Positions 45,653 to 59,220 of a stretch of 64,000 nucleotides of DNA are shown piece by piece. How positions within the stretch are numbered: position 1 is the first letter of the stretch; every line of letters starts with the position of its first letter. Location of the stretch: contig CM060733.1 of assembly GCA_030704615.1 (NCBI GenBank), forward strand, positions 28,458,001 to 28,522,000, in the 5' to 3' direction. The DNA is from Takakia lepidozioides. Its lineage: Eukaryota > Plantae > Bryophyta. The position numbers were made by a program, and so were the translations under genes. Below the pieces are notes generated by a model. It ran no database searches and had not been told where the DNA came from. It worked only from the letters and a program-made list of their open reading frames with translations.

Positions 45653-46007
45653 GAGCATCTCCACGGTGCTTGCCCAAAAGTGCTCCACGGTTGGCTCAGC
45701 CTGGCAGATTTGTTGTGGGCCCGCCTTAATCCTGTCTCCTGCCCGGCACATTTTCCAATTATACCGGGACCCGCCAACCACGCTACATTAAACTTGTGAG
45801 TTATTTGGGAGTTAATGCGATATGATGTACTCGGTCAATGTGCCCAGATCGTGATCGAGCGGCAGGCCTGCCCCGGGGCTATCTCTGCCGTGTCTTGTAC
45901 CGTCCTAACCGTGGAGTTTCAACCAACCCGTCCCTGCAAAAATTACCGTCGCCCCTGTAACCAGGGCATATAGCGTTTGATGTGTTGTGCTCACCATGGA
46001 GATGCTC
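45653..46007. mobile_element. Tourist-type (PIF/Harbinger) MITE, 355 bp
   Basis: TIRs GAGCATCTCCACGGTG and CACCATGGAGATGCTC (15/16 match). Exact TTA target-site duplication at 45650-45652 and 46008-46010. Confidence 0.92.
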
Positions 46008-46590
46008 TTAGAGGGTATATAAAGGAGAGCGGGGCTCTCTTCCTACTCACTAACTAACTACTTACTAAATTAGTATCTAGGGGGTTTTGCACACGCAGGG
46101 CCCCAAAAGAAAAGCAAACAAGAACCATAGATCTATTAATTAATTGAAACAGTGAGCTCAATAAGCCCCCTAGATTGTCAGAGCAAGACTGCGAAGGTGT
46201 TTATTCACCTGAAAGACTAGTTACATGCAATTTGCAAGGCCATGGACACTTGATAATAGCCATAATCCAAACCATGGTCACTTGTAGTTAGATTTTTTAT
46301 TTAGATGGATATTCTACAACAGTTGTTTATCACAACCACATAACACCACTCTAAAGTGCTCTACAGTATTATATTTTTTGGAACACACTAGACATAGGAT
46401 GGGAGTTGAATGCGCGCGTGCCAGCCTGCCCTTACGGTCGTCGGGGCTTACGGTCGCCGGGGCTTGCGGGAGCCGGGACGCCCTTGGCGGGGCCCGCAAT
46501 CAAATCCCCACCCCCGCGTCGTGCCGTTATTGCCAAAAGATAAAAATTCTGAATGGTGGCAAGAAAGTGGCGGGTAGCTTGGTGGTTGGA

Positions 46591-46690
46591 TGCAATGACC
46601 ATTATTGTGGGGGTATTGGGTTCATACCTTGCTCATGGTGTGATGGAAATCGTATGTTTTAGGATTTGATTGAGATACTGTTAGATTTTG
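46591..46690 (+). pseudogene. Fragment of the Cys-rich C-terminus of a plant glutaredoxin-like (GRXCR-type) gene
   Basis: CNDHYCGGIGFIPCSWCDGNRMF fits the family pattern C..CGG.RF.PC..C.GS.K.F and is followed immediately by a stop. Confidence 0.6.
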
Positions 46691-47179
46691 GCATCTCCAA
46701 TTTTTTTCAAAGTCCCTCAAGCTGATCTCCGCTCCCCTCTTCCCAATCGCTGCTCCCAAGTGTGTCCGCCGCCCCCCTGTTCTCTTTGCTCCCCTGTGTT
46801 ACGGGTCCCATGTTCTCCTTGCTCCCCTGTGTTATTGCTCCGCCGCGCCCCTGTTACTACTCCCGGCTCCTTCTGCTATTGTTCCCCTGTTTTATTGCTT
46901 TGCCACTCCAATAACAGGGGACCGGAGGAGTAGGGAGCAATAACAAGGGAGCGGAGAAGGCCTAGTTATCATTCCTGACGTGACGTGGCCCAGACACGTC
47001 GGACGTGCGTCACGTCACGTCGAATCCGGACGTTTATCCATGTAATTTTTTTTAATATTTGACTTTTACGATTTACTTCTACCCTTTGTAATGACATGCC
47101 AACCACGGTGTGAAACAGACGTGGCCAATTATAAAAATTACTACCGCCAGGCAATTTATTAGTTTTAGATGAAGGGACT

Positions 47180-47752
47180 GCCCATATTGGCGGGCGCTTA
47201 TAATTTATTATATTTTAAATAAGCGACGGCCTATATTGACGGTCGCTTGAAAATTATTATTTTTAAAAATTTATCGACCGCCGTTTGGCGGTTGCTTCTT
47301 TAATTTGTTTTTAAAAAATGCAGCAACCGTCAAATGGCGGTCGTTCGTTTTGTTTTTTTTAATTTAGCGGCCGCCATTTAGTGGTAGTGGCTATTTTTCT
47401 TAAAAAAGTAAATGAAACGACTGCAACAACGGCTGTCGTTTTTTTTTTTTTTAATATGAAGCAACAGCCAATACGGCGGTCGCTCTTTTTCGTTTTTCAA
47501 AATAATGAAGTGACCGCCAATACGGCGGTCGCTGTTTATTTTTATTTTTTTTAAATGAAGCGACCACCACTACGGTGGTCAATCATTTTCGTTTATTTAT
47601 TTTAAAAATGAAGCGACCGCTATATGGGGGTCGCTCTTTTTTGCTTTTTAAAAAACTAAAACGACCGCCATTACGGCAGTCGCTCTTCTTCGCTTTTTAA
47701 GAAAGTGAAGCGACCGCCAATACAGCGGTCGCTACTTTATTTTATTTTAATT

Positions 47753-47796
<44 letters not shown>

Positions 47797-48430
47797 TAAA
47801 CAAACGAAGCGACCGCCCGTTGGCGGTCGCTCTTTTTCACTTTTTCAAAAACTGAAGCAATTATTGATGGTCGTTTTTAAAAGTTTATTTTTAAAATAAT
47901 AATAATAATTTTTTTAATATTTTAAAAAATAAAAAAACTGAAGCAACCGCCATTACGGCGGTCGCTCCTTTAAGTTTTTTCTTTAAACTAATTAATTTAA
48001 TTTTTTTAAAAAAAAAACTAGAGTGACCGCCATACGGCATTCTTCATTTTTTAAGAAACTGAAGCGACCGCCAATTCGGCGGTCGCTCGTTCAATTTGTT
48101 TAATTTATATATATTTTTTAAATGAAGCGATCGCCTTATGGCTGTCTCTCTTTTTCGTTTTAAAAAAAAATGAAGGGATCGCCATTACGGCGGTCGCTCT
48201 GTTTAGTTTTTCTAAAAAGTGAAGCCACTATGGCGGTCGTTTTTTTTTGTTTTTTTAAAAAATGAAGCGACCGCCAATACGGCGGTCACTCTTTTAGGTA
48301 TTTGTTTTAAATGAAACGACCACCATATGGTGGTCGCTCTTTTTGGTATTTATAAAAGATGATGGGCGGTCGGGCGGTCGTTTTTTTTTTTTTTAATTTC
48401 TTAATTAAGCAACTGCCTATACGACAACGA
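47180..48430. repeat. Array of roughly 20 palindromic ~26-bp units with AT-rich spacers (left array)
   Basis: AAGCGACCGCC-n4-6-GGCGGTCGCT recurs every ~50-55 bp. (TA)n at ~47759-47794. Confidence 0.92.
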
Positions 48431-48479
48431 CGTGTTAGTTGCGAAAATTTTGCTACTTATGAACATGAAGCGGCTTCCG

Positions 48480-49683
48480 TTACGTGATGCTCCAGCCTCC
48501 TGGAACAGCTCACACGTGTAGTCGCCTACCTTGCAAAGTCTTGGCGACCACTGCCTCCACCAAGCGGTTGATGGAGTCTTCGGAAAATTCTGTGGTCGTT
48601 GTTGTCATGTTCAACTGTCGGGGTTTCAAGCACTTTTTGGCCATGTGCGTAGTCTCCCCGCAATTAAAGCACATCCCATCAAAGGTCGTCATCTGCCCGC
48701 CATGTACAGTCGCACCTATTTTTCCTTTCGGAGCACCAGGTATCGCCCTACGTACGAAGGCTCTCCCTTCAATCTCCAGTTGCCATTGTCGCCGTGTGGC
48801 TTATCCCACTTCTTTTCCGACCGGAATCAATCACATTCCCGTTGAATTTTTTTGTGGTTCAGCTCCGTACGGAACTATCTTTCGCCCTTAAGAACATCCG
48901 AGAAGCATTCAGCCCTTTCAATGGCCTCGTTCAAGTCTTTGGTGGCCTCTCCTCCAACTTCCGCGTAGCCCATGGGGCCAGTCTCGCCACAAAGTTGAAG
49001 ACCATTTCTGGTTCTGTCATGTCCGCGACCTCAAGCAACAATACATTGAAAGCCTGAATATATCCTCGAATATCATATGTTTGCTTCAAGTTCTTCATTT
49101 TGTCCCGTGCAAGTCAGAATGCGTTGAGAAGTACAAATTGTTTTTTCATGAGTTCCTTGAACTCACCCCAACTCAAGGGCTCAGGGTTTGGCCCTTGGTT
49201 TTTAAGACGTTTCTGCCACCATTGTTGAGCATAGCCCCTCAAATAGGTGGGAGCCACTTCCACCCGATCCTTGTCACTCAGTTTGGCTGCCCAAAAGTAC
49301 TTCTCCGGCTCCAAGAGCCAGCTGTTGAGTGCCCTCCGATTTCGGACGCCCTCGAAGGTGTCGGGTTCCTTAGGCTTCACCTTAAACTTCGCCTTAGTTC
49401 ATTAGCCGCCCTCATCACGTCTTTCAACATCCCGCCAAACTGCGCCAGAAGGCCTTTCCATAAAGTTGGTGGCATTAGCGGCATCTGTTGGACTGGCGGG
49501 TTTCTCGGAGAGTCCTCAAGCTCTAACTCCCTAAATGTCTTTTACTCTTGAGCGACCTTGCTTTCAGAAGCATAAATAGCCTCTTTCGTTTGCCGCTCCA
49601 GCATCGCGTCGGCTCCACCGGGGTCACTAGGATCATCGGCTTTCAGGCCGTTGTGCTTTCGCTTAGTCTTGCTCGGTCCCATG
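48480..49683 (-). pseudogene. gag: Ty3/gypsy gag (retrotransposon gag domain plus CCHC knuckle), truncated before pol
   Basis: KPKEPDTFEG...WLLEPEKYF...TYLRGYAQQWW...SWGEFKELMKKQF, followed by CFNCGETTHMAKKC. Contains in-frame stops and frameshifts. Confidence 0.9.
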
Positions 49684-49722
49684 GTGACGCCGATCCCAAG
49701 GGCGATCGCATACTGAACTCTA

Positions 49723-49735
49723 GGCTCTGATATCA
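49723..49735 (-). promoter_or_regulatory. tRNA-iMet primer binding site
   Basis: TGATATCAGAGCC (one mismatch to TGGTATCAGAGCC), 2 nt inside the LTR end. Confidence 0.85.
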
Positions 49736-49737
49736 AG

Positions 49738-50267
49738 TGTTGCGCACCTCACTTTGGTAAACTCCCCTTCAAGTCATAGTTACTCGCTTTGATGCGCGTG
49801 CCTAACTCCCAACCTGGCCGCCGGGCCAACTCGGAGCTTCGGCTTCTCACCGGGGCATAACGGTCCCCATTGCTCCCACACAGGACCCCTCAAACTATTG
49901 GGCCCAATGGAAATTCCCTTTGGTTGATGGTAGTCCGAAATAGCTCCCGCACCTTGGTCGTTTTCCGACTCGTTTGCTTACTCACTAGCTTTTGGTCACT
50001 CAACGGGCTTGCACTATTCTCGGGGTTACTACTCCTTATATATATTTTTGTAGATGTCGACGGGGGTTTTGCAAATAACCAAGTTTTTTTATGGTGAACC
50101 ACCACCAAGACCCTCGATTCCCTGTGATGAGTCACGGTGAGTCTTGGCCCACCTGGTACCACGGCCTATTGGACCGTGATGAGCCCCTAATGTAGCCACT
50201 ACCTCCACCACAAGGGCAGCCCCTCTTGTATTCTGACCCCCTGCCCTCAAGGTAAAGGGTCGCGACA
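49738..50267 (-). mobile_element. 5' LTR (530 bp) of the Ty3 element
   Basis: Termini TGTCGCG...CGCAACA, a TATATATAAG box near 50036-50045, and an adjacent PBS. Confidence 0.85.
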
Positions 50268-50269
50268 AA

Positions 50270-53200
50270 TCAAAATTTATTCAATGGCCCAACGGACGGT
50301 TGTCCATCCAGATGAGATTTGTTTGCTTTCAAACTTCAGGCCAATATGTTCTACATACCATAAGACGAGTCCTAGTGTAATATGAGATGAAATGAAATTC
50401 GTTCAATGGGCCAACGGATGGATGTTCATCTAAATGATTTTCGTTCGCTTTAAAACTTCCGCAACATCTTCAGAATATCACCGTCTCATACGTCCCGGAG
50501 TAATATGAGATGAACCAAATTTTGGGCCAACGGCGCGTTCACATGTCATCCAATTTTGCTCACTGCGAAAAAGAAATCATCTCATGCGTGAACACCTATT
50601 GCATCGATGAACGGATGTGGTTCACGCTCAACTTTATCCCGCATGTGCTTGAATATGTGTGCAACACACTCGCAGAGATTCAAGAGAAAAACAAACCATT
50701 TGCCCCCCCAACGACGCAGTCCCCCTTCGAATAATTTTGAATTAACTCGATTTTTTTGAATTTTAATTCAATAATTAGACTTAGAATGTCTTTGATTACG
50801 GGTTTCTGCCACACAATGATATTGTTTCTAGGTCAATTTTGTTCTGTGTATTTAACCCTCACACCTGTGCAACCTTGCAAAAATTTGGACCAAAGAAAAA
50901 TGGAATAAATAAATAAAAATGTTCACTTCGTACACTATTCTAGAACTCTCTATGAAGAGTGATAGAAGTTGAAGACAAATCCACTTTGGATTGCAAATGA
51001 ATTGCAAAAATCGTGGTTTTGGGTCCAAATGACTTTTGATCTCCCAAATTTTGCACGCACATTACACATGGTGTCCTTACGTCAGTGGTTCAAGAATGGA
51101 GCAAAACAAAATCATGAGTAGGCGAAACGCAGTCAAACAGGTCCCACAGTCATACGAGATGAAAAGAAATCCATTCGATGGGGCAACGGATGGTTGCCTA
51201 TGCAAATGATTTTTGTTTGTTTTCAAACTTTGCCAGTAAGTTTGGTACCCCGTCTCGCACGTCGCGGATGAGTACGACATCAATCGAAATTTGTTCAATG
51301 GCCCAACGGACGGTTGCTCATCCAGAAGAGTTGAGTTTTCTTTTAAACTTTGCCAATATGTTCAACATACCATAACATGGGTATCAGTGTAATATGAGAT
51401 AAAACGAAATCGTTCGATGGGCCAACAGATGGATTCCCATCCAAATGATTTTGTTCACTTTGAAACTTCCGCAGCGTCTTCAATATACCGTCTCACATAT
51501 CCCTGAGTAATATGAGATGAAACGAAATTCGTTCAATGGGCCATGGTGAGTTCACCTGTCATGGAGATAGAGAGTTCTACAATAGAAAGCGAATGCAACA
51601 TTTTTTTTTTCCATTTTTTTCTTAATGCATGAAGTTGACGACAAATCCACTTTGGAGGGCAAATGAGGCGCGAAATCGTGGTTTAGTATCCAAATGACTT
51701 TGATTGCTACCAAAGTTTGCATGCACATTGCATATGTTGTTGTCAAGCCAGTGGCTCAAGAATAGAGCAAAAAACAAATCATGAGCAGACGAAACGCAGC
51801 CCAACAGGTCAAAAAGTCATACGAGATGAAACGAAATTCATTCGATTGGACAACGGATGGTTGGCCATCTGATTGATTTTTGTTTCTTTCAAACTTTGCC
51901 AGTATGTTCGATACGTCGTCTCACAGGGCCCGTACGAGTATGACATCAACCGAAATTCGTTCAATGGCCCAACGGACGGTTGCCCATCCAAATGAGTTTG
52001 GTTTGCTTTCAAATTTTGCCAGTATGTTCAACATACCATAAGACGGGTCCCAGTGTAATATGAGATGAAACAAAATTTGTTTGATGGGCCAACGGATAGA
52101 TGCCCATCCAAATGATTTCCGTTTGCTTCGAAACTTCAGCAGTGTCTTCAGTATACCATCTCACAGGTCTATGAGTAATATAAGATTAAACGAATTTCGT
52201 TCAATGGGCCAACGGCTGAACATATGGTTGCACATCCAAATGATTTTGATTCGCTTTCAGACTTGCTTGCTCAATGTACCATCTCAGATGTCCCAAAGTA
52301 ATATGAGATGAAACAAAATTCGTCCAATATGCCAACGGAGGGTTGTCCATCCAAATGATTTTCGTTCGTTTTGAAACTTGGCAAGTATGTCCAATGTACC
52401 ATCTGACAGGTCCCAGAGTAGTGTGAGATCAATTGAAATTTGTTCAATGGGCCAAGGAGTTCACGTGTCATCCAATTTTGTTCATTGCGATAAAAAAAAT
52501 CATGTCATAGGTGAACGGGTAATGCACCCATTGAACAGATGAGGTTGAGGCTCAACTTTTGCCCGCATGTGCTTGAATATGTGTACAACACATGTGCGGA
52601 GAAATAAGAGAAGCAACAAACATTTGTCTCCCCAACCATGCCCTCACCCTTCCACCAATTTGCAAATAAATTGAGTTTAAATAGATTTCAAGCAAATAAA
52701 TTGAGTTTAAATAGTTTTCAAGCAAATAAATAGGTTTACACTGTGGATTTTCTGCTACATAACAATTTTATCTTGTTCTCTGGCTTCAACCCTCCCACCG
52801 CTACATCCCTGCAAAAATTTGGACCAAACAAAAATGAATGTTTTTTAAAGTGTTCTCTTCGTTCACTATTTGCTGAACTCTCTATGAAGAGTGCATGAAG
52901 CAGAAGACAAATCAAGTTTGGAGTGCAAATTAGGGAAGAAACTGTGGTTTTGAGTCCTAATGATTTTTGTTTACTATGAAATTTGGCACGCACGTTGCAT
53001 ATGCCGTCATTAGACATATGGCTAAAAAACGGAATGAAAAAAAAAATCATGTGCATCCGAAACGCCGTCCAGTAGGTCCTAGAGTAATAGCACATCAAAC
53101 GGAATTCATCCAACGGTTAAACGGATGGTTGCCCATCCAAATCATTTTTGTTCGTTTTCAAACTTTGCCAGTATGTTTGGAACATTCTCTCACAGGTCCC

Positions 53201-56200
53201 GGACTAATATGAGATCAATCCAAATTCATTCGATGGCTGAATGGATTGTTGCCCATCCGAACGATTTTGGTTCACTTTCAGACTTTGTCAATGTTCTCAA
53301 TGTACCATCTAAGAGGTCCCAGATTAATATGAGATGAAACGAAATTCGTCCAATGGGTCAACGGAGGGTTGTCTATCCAAATGATTTCGTTCGCTTCGAG
53401 ACTTGGCCAGTATGACCAATGTACCATCTGACATGTTTCAAAGTAATATGCGATCAATCGAAATTCCTTCAATGGGCCAATGAGGCGTTCATGTGTCATC
53501 TTATTTTGTTCATTACGAAAAAGAAATCATGTCGTGGATGAACGGCTAATAAACCCATTGAACGGATGAGGTTGAGGCCCATTTTTTGCCCGCATGTGCT
53601 TCAATATGTGTGCAACACATGTGCGGAGAAACAAAATAAGCAACAAATATTTGCCTCCCCAACCACGCCCTCGCCATTCCAATTTGCAATTAAGTTGCGT
53701 TTAAATGAATTTCAATCAAATAAATAGATTTACATTGTCTTTCATTGGGGTTTCCTGCTATGTAACGGTTATATTTTTGGCTTAATCTTGTTCTTTGGTT
53801 TCAACCCTCCCACCGCTACATCCCTACAAAACTTTGGACCAAACAAAAATGAATTTTTTTAAATGTGTTCTCTTCACTCACTATTGCTGAACTTCTATGA
53901 AAAGTGCATGAAGTATGACAAATCAAGTTTGGAGTGCAAATTAGGGAAGAAACTTTGGTTTTGGGACCAAATGACTTTTGTTCGCTATGAAATTTGGTAC
54001 GCACGTTGCATATGTCGTCATTAGACATATGGCTAAAAACCGGAATGGAAAAAAAAAAACATGTGCACCCGAAACGCCGTCCAAGGTCCCACACTAATAG
54101 CGCATCAAACGGAATTCATCCAACGGTTGAATGGATGGTTGCCCATCCAAATCATTTTTGTTTGCTTTCAAATTTTGCCAGTACGTTTGGTACACCTTTT
54201 TGTAGGTCCGGGACTAATATGAGATCAATCGAAATTCATTCGATGGCTGAACGGATGGTTGCCCATCCGAACAATTTTGGTTCGCTTTCAGACTTTGCCA
54301 GTGTGCTCAATGTACCATCTAAGAGGTCCCAGAGTAGATGAAACAAAATTCGTCAAATGAGCCAACAGATGGTTGCCCATCCAAATTATTTTCGTTCGCT
54401 TCAAGACTTGGCCAGTATGTCCAATGTACCATCTGACAGGTCACAGAGTAATATGAGATCAATCGAAATTCATTCAATAGGCCAATGAGGCGTTCATGTG
54501 TCATGTTCATTGCGAAAAACAAATCCTGTCATGGGTGAACGGCCAATGCACCCATTGAATGGATGAGGTTAAGGCCCATCTTTTGCCCGCATGTGCTTGA
54601 AATGTGCAGAGAACCAATAGTAGAAACAAACATTTGTCTCCCCAACCACGCCTTCGCCCTTCCACCAATTTATAATTAAATTGAATTTAAATGAATTTCA
54701 AGCAAATAAATAGGTTTATATTGTCTTTGATTGGGGTTTTCTGCTACGCAACGATTTTATTTTTGACTCAATCTTGTTCTCTGGCTTCAACCTTCCCACC
54801 GCTACATCCCTACAAAAATTTGACCAAACAAAAATGATTTTTAAAAAAAAATGTTCACTTTGCTCATTATTGCTGAACTATCTATGAAGAGTGCATGAAG
54901 TAAAAGACAAATCAAGTTTGGAGTGCAAATTAGGGAAGAAACTTTGGTTTTGGGTCCTAATGACTTTTGTTCGCTATGAAATTTGGCTCGCACGTTGCAT
55001 ATGCCGTCATTAGACATATGGCTAAAAACTAGAAGGAAAAAAAAAATCATGTGCACCCGAAACGCCGTCCAACAGGTCCCAAAGTAATAGCACATCAAAC
55101 GGAATTCATCCAACGGTTGAACGGATGGTTGCCCATCCAAATCAGTGTGCTCAATGTACCATCTAAGAAATCCCAGAGTAGTATGAGATGAAACAAAATT
55201 CGTCCAATGGGCCAACGGATGGTTTCCTATCCAAATGATTTCGTTCGCTTCAAGACTTGGCCAGTATGTCCAATGTACCATCTGACAGGTCGTAGAGTAA
55301 TATGAGATCAATCGAAATTCATTCAATAGGCCAATGAGGCGTTCATGTGTCATGTTCATTGCGAAAAAAAAATCCTGTCATCGGTGAACGACCAATGCAC
55401 CCGTTGAACGGATGAGGTTGAGGCCCATCTTTTGCCCGCATGTACCTGAATATGTGTGCATCACATGTGCAGAGAACCAATAGAAGAAACAAACATTTGT
55501 CTCCCCAACCACGCCTTCGCCCTTCCACCAATTTATAATTAAATTGAATTTAAATGAATTTCAAGCAAATAAATAGGTTTATATTGTCTTTGATTGGGGT
55601 TTTCTGCTACGCAACGATTTTATTTTTGACTCAATCTTGTTCTCTGGCTTCAACCTTCCCACCGCTACATCCCTACAAAAATTTGACCAAACAAAAATGA
55701 TTTTTAAAAAAAAATGTTCACTTTGCTCATTATTGCTGAACTATCTATGAAGAGTGCATGAAGTAAAAGACAAATCAAGTTTGGAGTGCAAATTAGGGAA
55801 GAAACTTTGGTTTTGGGTCCTAATGACATTTGTTCGCTATGAAATTTGGCTCGCACGTTGCATATGCCGTCATTAGACATATGGCTAAAAACTAGAAGGA
55901 AAAAAAAAATCATGTGCACCCGAAACGCCGTCCAACAGGTCCCAAAGTAATAGCACATCAAACGGAATTCATCCAACGGTTGAACGGATGGTTGCTCATC
56001 CAAATCATTTCTTTTTGTTTTCAAACTCTGTCAGTACATTTGGTACACCCTCTCACAGGTCTCGGACTAATATGAGATCAATCCAAAATTCATTCGATGG
56101 TTGAACGGATGGTTGCCCATCCGAACAATTTTGGTTCACTTTCAGACTTTGCCAGTGTGCTCAATGTACCATCTAAGAAATCCCAGAGTAGTATGAGATG

Positions 56201-56330
56201 AAACAAAATTCGTCCAATGGGCCAACGGATGGTTTCATATCCAAATGATTTCGTTCGCTTCGAGACTTGGCCAGTATGTCCAATATACCATCTGACAGGT
56301 CGTAGAGTAATATGAGATCAATTGAAATTA
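50270..56330. repeat. Hierarchical satellite: ~120-bp subunits within a ~1-kb higher-order unit
   Basis: The subunit aatatgagatgaaacgaaattcgttcaatgggccaacggatggttgcccatccaaatg... repeats throughout. The anchor ctacatccct occurs at 52801, 53816, 54802 and 55665 (periods 1015, 986, 863). Confidence 0.95.
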
Positions 56331-56753
56331 TATTGTGCTTCGTTAACTTTGTGGGTATGTTCTTTACACGTAGATCGAATTTTTGACATGATTATGAAAT
56401 ATGAGACTAGGCGAAATTTGTCAGGAAGACGAACATCCGTAACTCGTTATAACTTATTGGTTTATATCAATTTTCCTTGTTGCCCATCTTTCGGAGTTCA
56501 TTACAGATACCCACATACACGTCATGACCAAATATTACACCATTGTAAATTTGAGAGTGAACCACTTCTTCCCCATCACATGAGTGCAAAACTGGAAAAA
56601 AATGCGTTACGCTGTTCAAGCAATTGAAATTTGTAGGTGCCGCACATGTGTATTTAATAAAATTGGTGCATATACAAAATTGGTGAAGTGCTATCAGTGG
56701 GTTTCAGAAATTCAAGGTACAACAAAAATCCACATTGTCTATGTACTACGTTG

Positions 56754-57675
56754 TTACTCATTCGAATCTTCGTCGTCACTGTCCGGGGACAAGAGATGTG
56801 ATGTTGTGGCCTGATTTGCACTGCCAATACGGAGAGCATGGGACCGTGATCTCGTGGTCAATGAGAGGCCCAATGACATGTGATCAATTCTGACCAACAT
56901 CCGCTTATTTTGCGACGAAAGTTGATTTTCTTGCAAAATCTCACGACGTGGCGAGGGTCAAAGACGTAATTCCGGCAATGATGCGGTCAATACTGCGATC
57001 TGACATTGTAAACTCCGCGGACATGTCCACGCCGTTCGTTTGAACGTCATTGTGGATAGTGCCTTCATTGTTTCGAGACGTGTTTTGCAATGAACCCTCC
57101 AACTCGGCTATGCGCAGTCTTTGTCATTCTACAAGGTCTTGCAGGGTTCGGACTCGCTGTTTTGTTTCCACCACTTCATCCTCTAACGTTTTAGATACTT
57201 GTTGTACCGGTGCCTCGGGCACGCCCAATATCATAGCCTGGGGTACCGGTGCCTCGCGCTTGCCCAGTATCGTAGCCGGGGGTGTTCCAAACGTGTCCGG
57301 GATGTCGACGAAATTGTATTGCATCATTGCGTTCCTTTTGCTAGCAGTTTGTCAATTCACTGGACGCAACAGTATCAGCTCCATGTACAACATGGCTGCC
57401 AAGGTGTACGAGATTTAGTCATTTAAAAGTGGTTCACCCCACAACGTGCAATGCACCTCAGTCGCCCTATTCTGGAAATGCAAGTTCATGCAAGACTTGG
57501 AGTCCGCACAATTGTTTATGGTTTGGACCACATGCCTAGGTCTAAGCCACAATCGATTGATGTGACACCATTTCATGAATTTTTTGCATTTCGTGCTCGG
57601 CCACCTGAACTCTTCTAGAAAATCCTCCCATCCTTCTTCTCTTCCATGACGCTCATTCTCTTGGCCCTCTGTCAT
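56754..57675 (-). pseudogene. Decayed single-exon orphan ORF (~305 codons): 'PVN(W)' domain, coiled coil, acidic tail
   Basis: ORFs 57415-57675 and 57124-57327 share a frame across TAA/TGA stops (AAMLYMELILLRPVN*). One frameshift leads into 56754-56936. Confidence 0.6.
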
Positions 57676-58149
57676 TTTGTAACAATCGGAGTAACCCTAA
57701 ACGACGTTTATTAATAAGTAACGGAAAGTTAAAACACTACTGAAGCAAACGTGGAAATGACTAAGAATTAAGGAATTGTGATCTCGATCGAAAATTACAA
57801 TAAACCTTAAACCCTTAACACAAAACGGGTTTGAATAAGTGTCATAATAGTAATTAAAAGCTAATTTTGTAAAATAAAATGTTCCCGGAAGCCAGAGGAG
57901 GGGCTATAGAAGCATTCTGCAACAACTTCACAGAAATCGCGGCAAAAAAATCTCCCATAGCCAATGGCATCCTTCTCCACGTGACTATATGTCGTGGAAT
58001 AGTTACACGCTACGCACACATAACTTGTGTGGAAACGAAATGAGGGGAGAATGAGCTTCCATTGGCTTATCTCTCTCTTTCTCTCTCTCTCTCCCCCCCC
58101 TCCCTCCCTTCATTCCTCGGTCCACGCGTAAGGCACACCTTCTAGAAGC

Positions 58150-59220
58150 AACCGCCACCATGGCGGTCCCTACATTTAAGAAAAACAACAAAAAAACAAC
58201 CGCCAGTAATGGCGATCGCTCTATTTAAAAAATTAAAAATTAAAAGCGACCGCCAATACTGGCAATCGCAACATTTTCAGAAATTAGAAATATACAAGCG
58301 ACCCCCAGTATGGCGGTCGCTCTATTTAAAAAAATAAAAATAAAAGCGACCGCCAAAACTGCCGGTCGCAGCATTTTCAGAAATTAAAAATATACAAGCG
58401 ATCGCCAGTAATGGCCGTTGCTCTATTTAAAAAACATAAACAACAAAAGCGACCAAGAAATTAAAAATATACAAGCGACCGCTAGTAATGGTGGTCGCTC
58501 TATTAAAAAAATTAAAAGATAAAAGTGATCGTCATTACTTGCGGTTGCTGCATTTTCAGAAATTAGAAGTATAAAAGCGACCGCCAATAATGGCGGTCGT
58601 CTATTTAAAAAAACTAAAAGCGACCACCAATAATGGCGGTCGCTCTATTTAAAAAATAAAAAATAAATGCGACCGCCATTACTGGCGGTCGCTGTATTTT
58701 CTGAAATAAAAAACATTTTTAATATTTTTAATAATTAAACGACCGCCATATTATGGCAGTCGCTGTTTTTTTCTTAATATTCTTGAATTAAAACGACCGG
58801 CATATTATGGCGGTCGCTGGTTTTTTTTAATATATTTTAAAAATAAAGCGACCGCCATATTATGGCGGTCGCTTGCTTTTTATATATTATTGAAAACAAG
58901 CGTCTGCCAATTCTGGCGGTCGCTTGTTTTTTATATATTTTCAAGATTATACGACCGCCAATACGGAGGTCGTTATTTTTCTTTTTTAAATTATACGACC
59001 GCCAATGTGACTGCCAATTTTGTTTCTTTTATAATTTTTTTTTTTTAAGAGAACGTCATGTTGGCGGTCGCTCTTATTTCTAAAATTCCGAAATATAAAG
59101 CGACCGCTAGAATCGGCAGTCACTCTTATTTCTAAAATTCTGAAATATAAAGCGACCGCCAGAATTGGCAATCGCTTTCATTTTATTATCTTTCCAAAAT
59201 ATTTTTGCCACCGCCACTGT
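58150..59220. repeat. Array of roughly 20 palindromic ~26-bp units (right array)
   Basis: Same AAGCGACCGCC..GGCGGTCGCT unit. Spacers alternate between two types in 58200-58700. Confidence 0.92.

Noticed and set aside
45451-46180. Solo LTR hosting the Tourist MITE
   Set aside because: A TATA-like box and TG..CA can be found, but the terminal inverted repeat is poor and there is no TSD.
50510-56024. Repeated ORFs in the satellite
   Set aside because: Frames are not conserved between units and there are no protein motifs.
47180-59220. CRISPR arrays
   Set aside because: Spacers are low-complexity A/T tracts similar to each other (alternating dimers at 58200-58700), the repeats are degenerate, there are no cas genes, and the context is eukaryotic.
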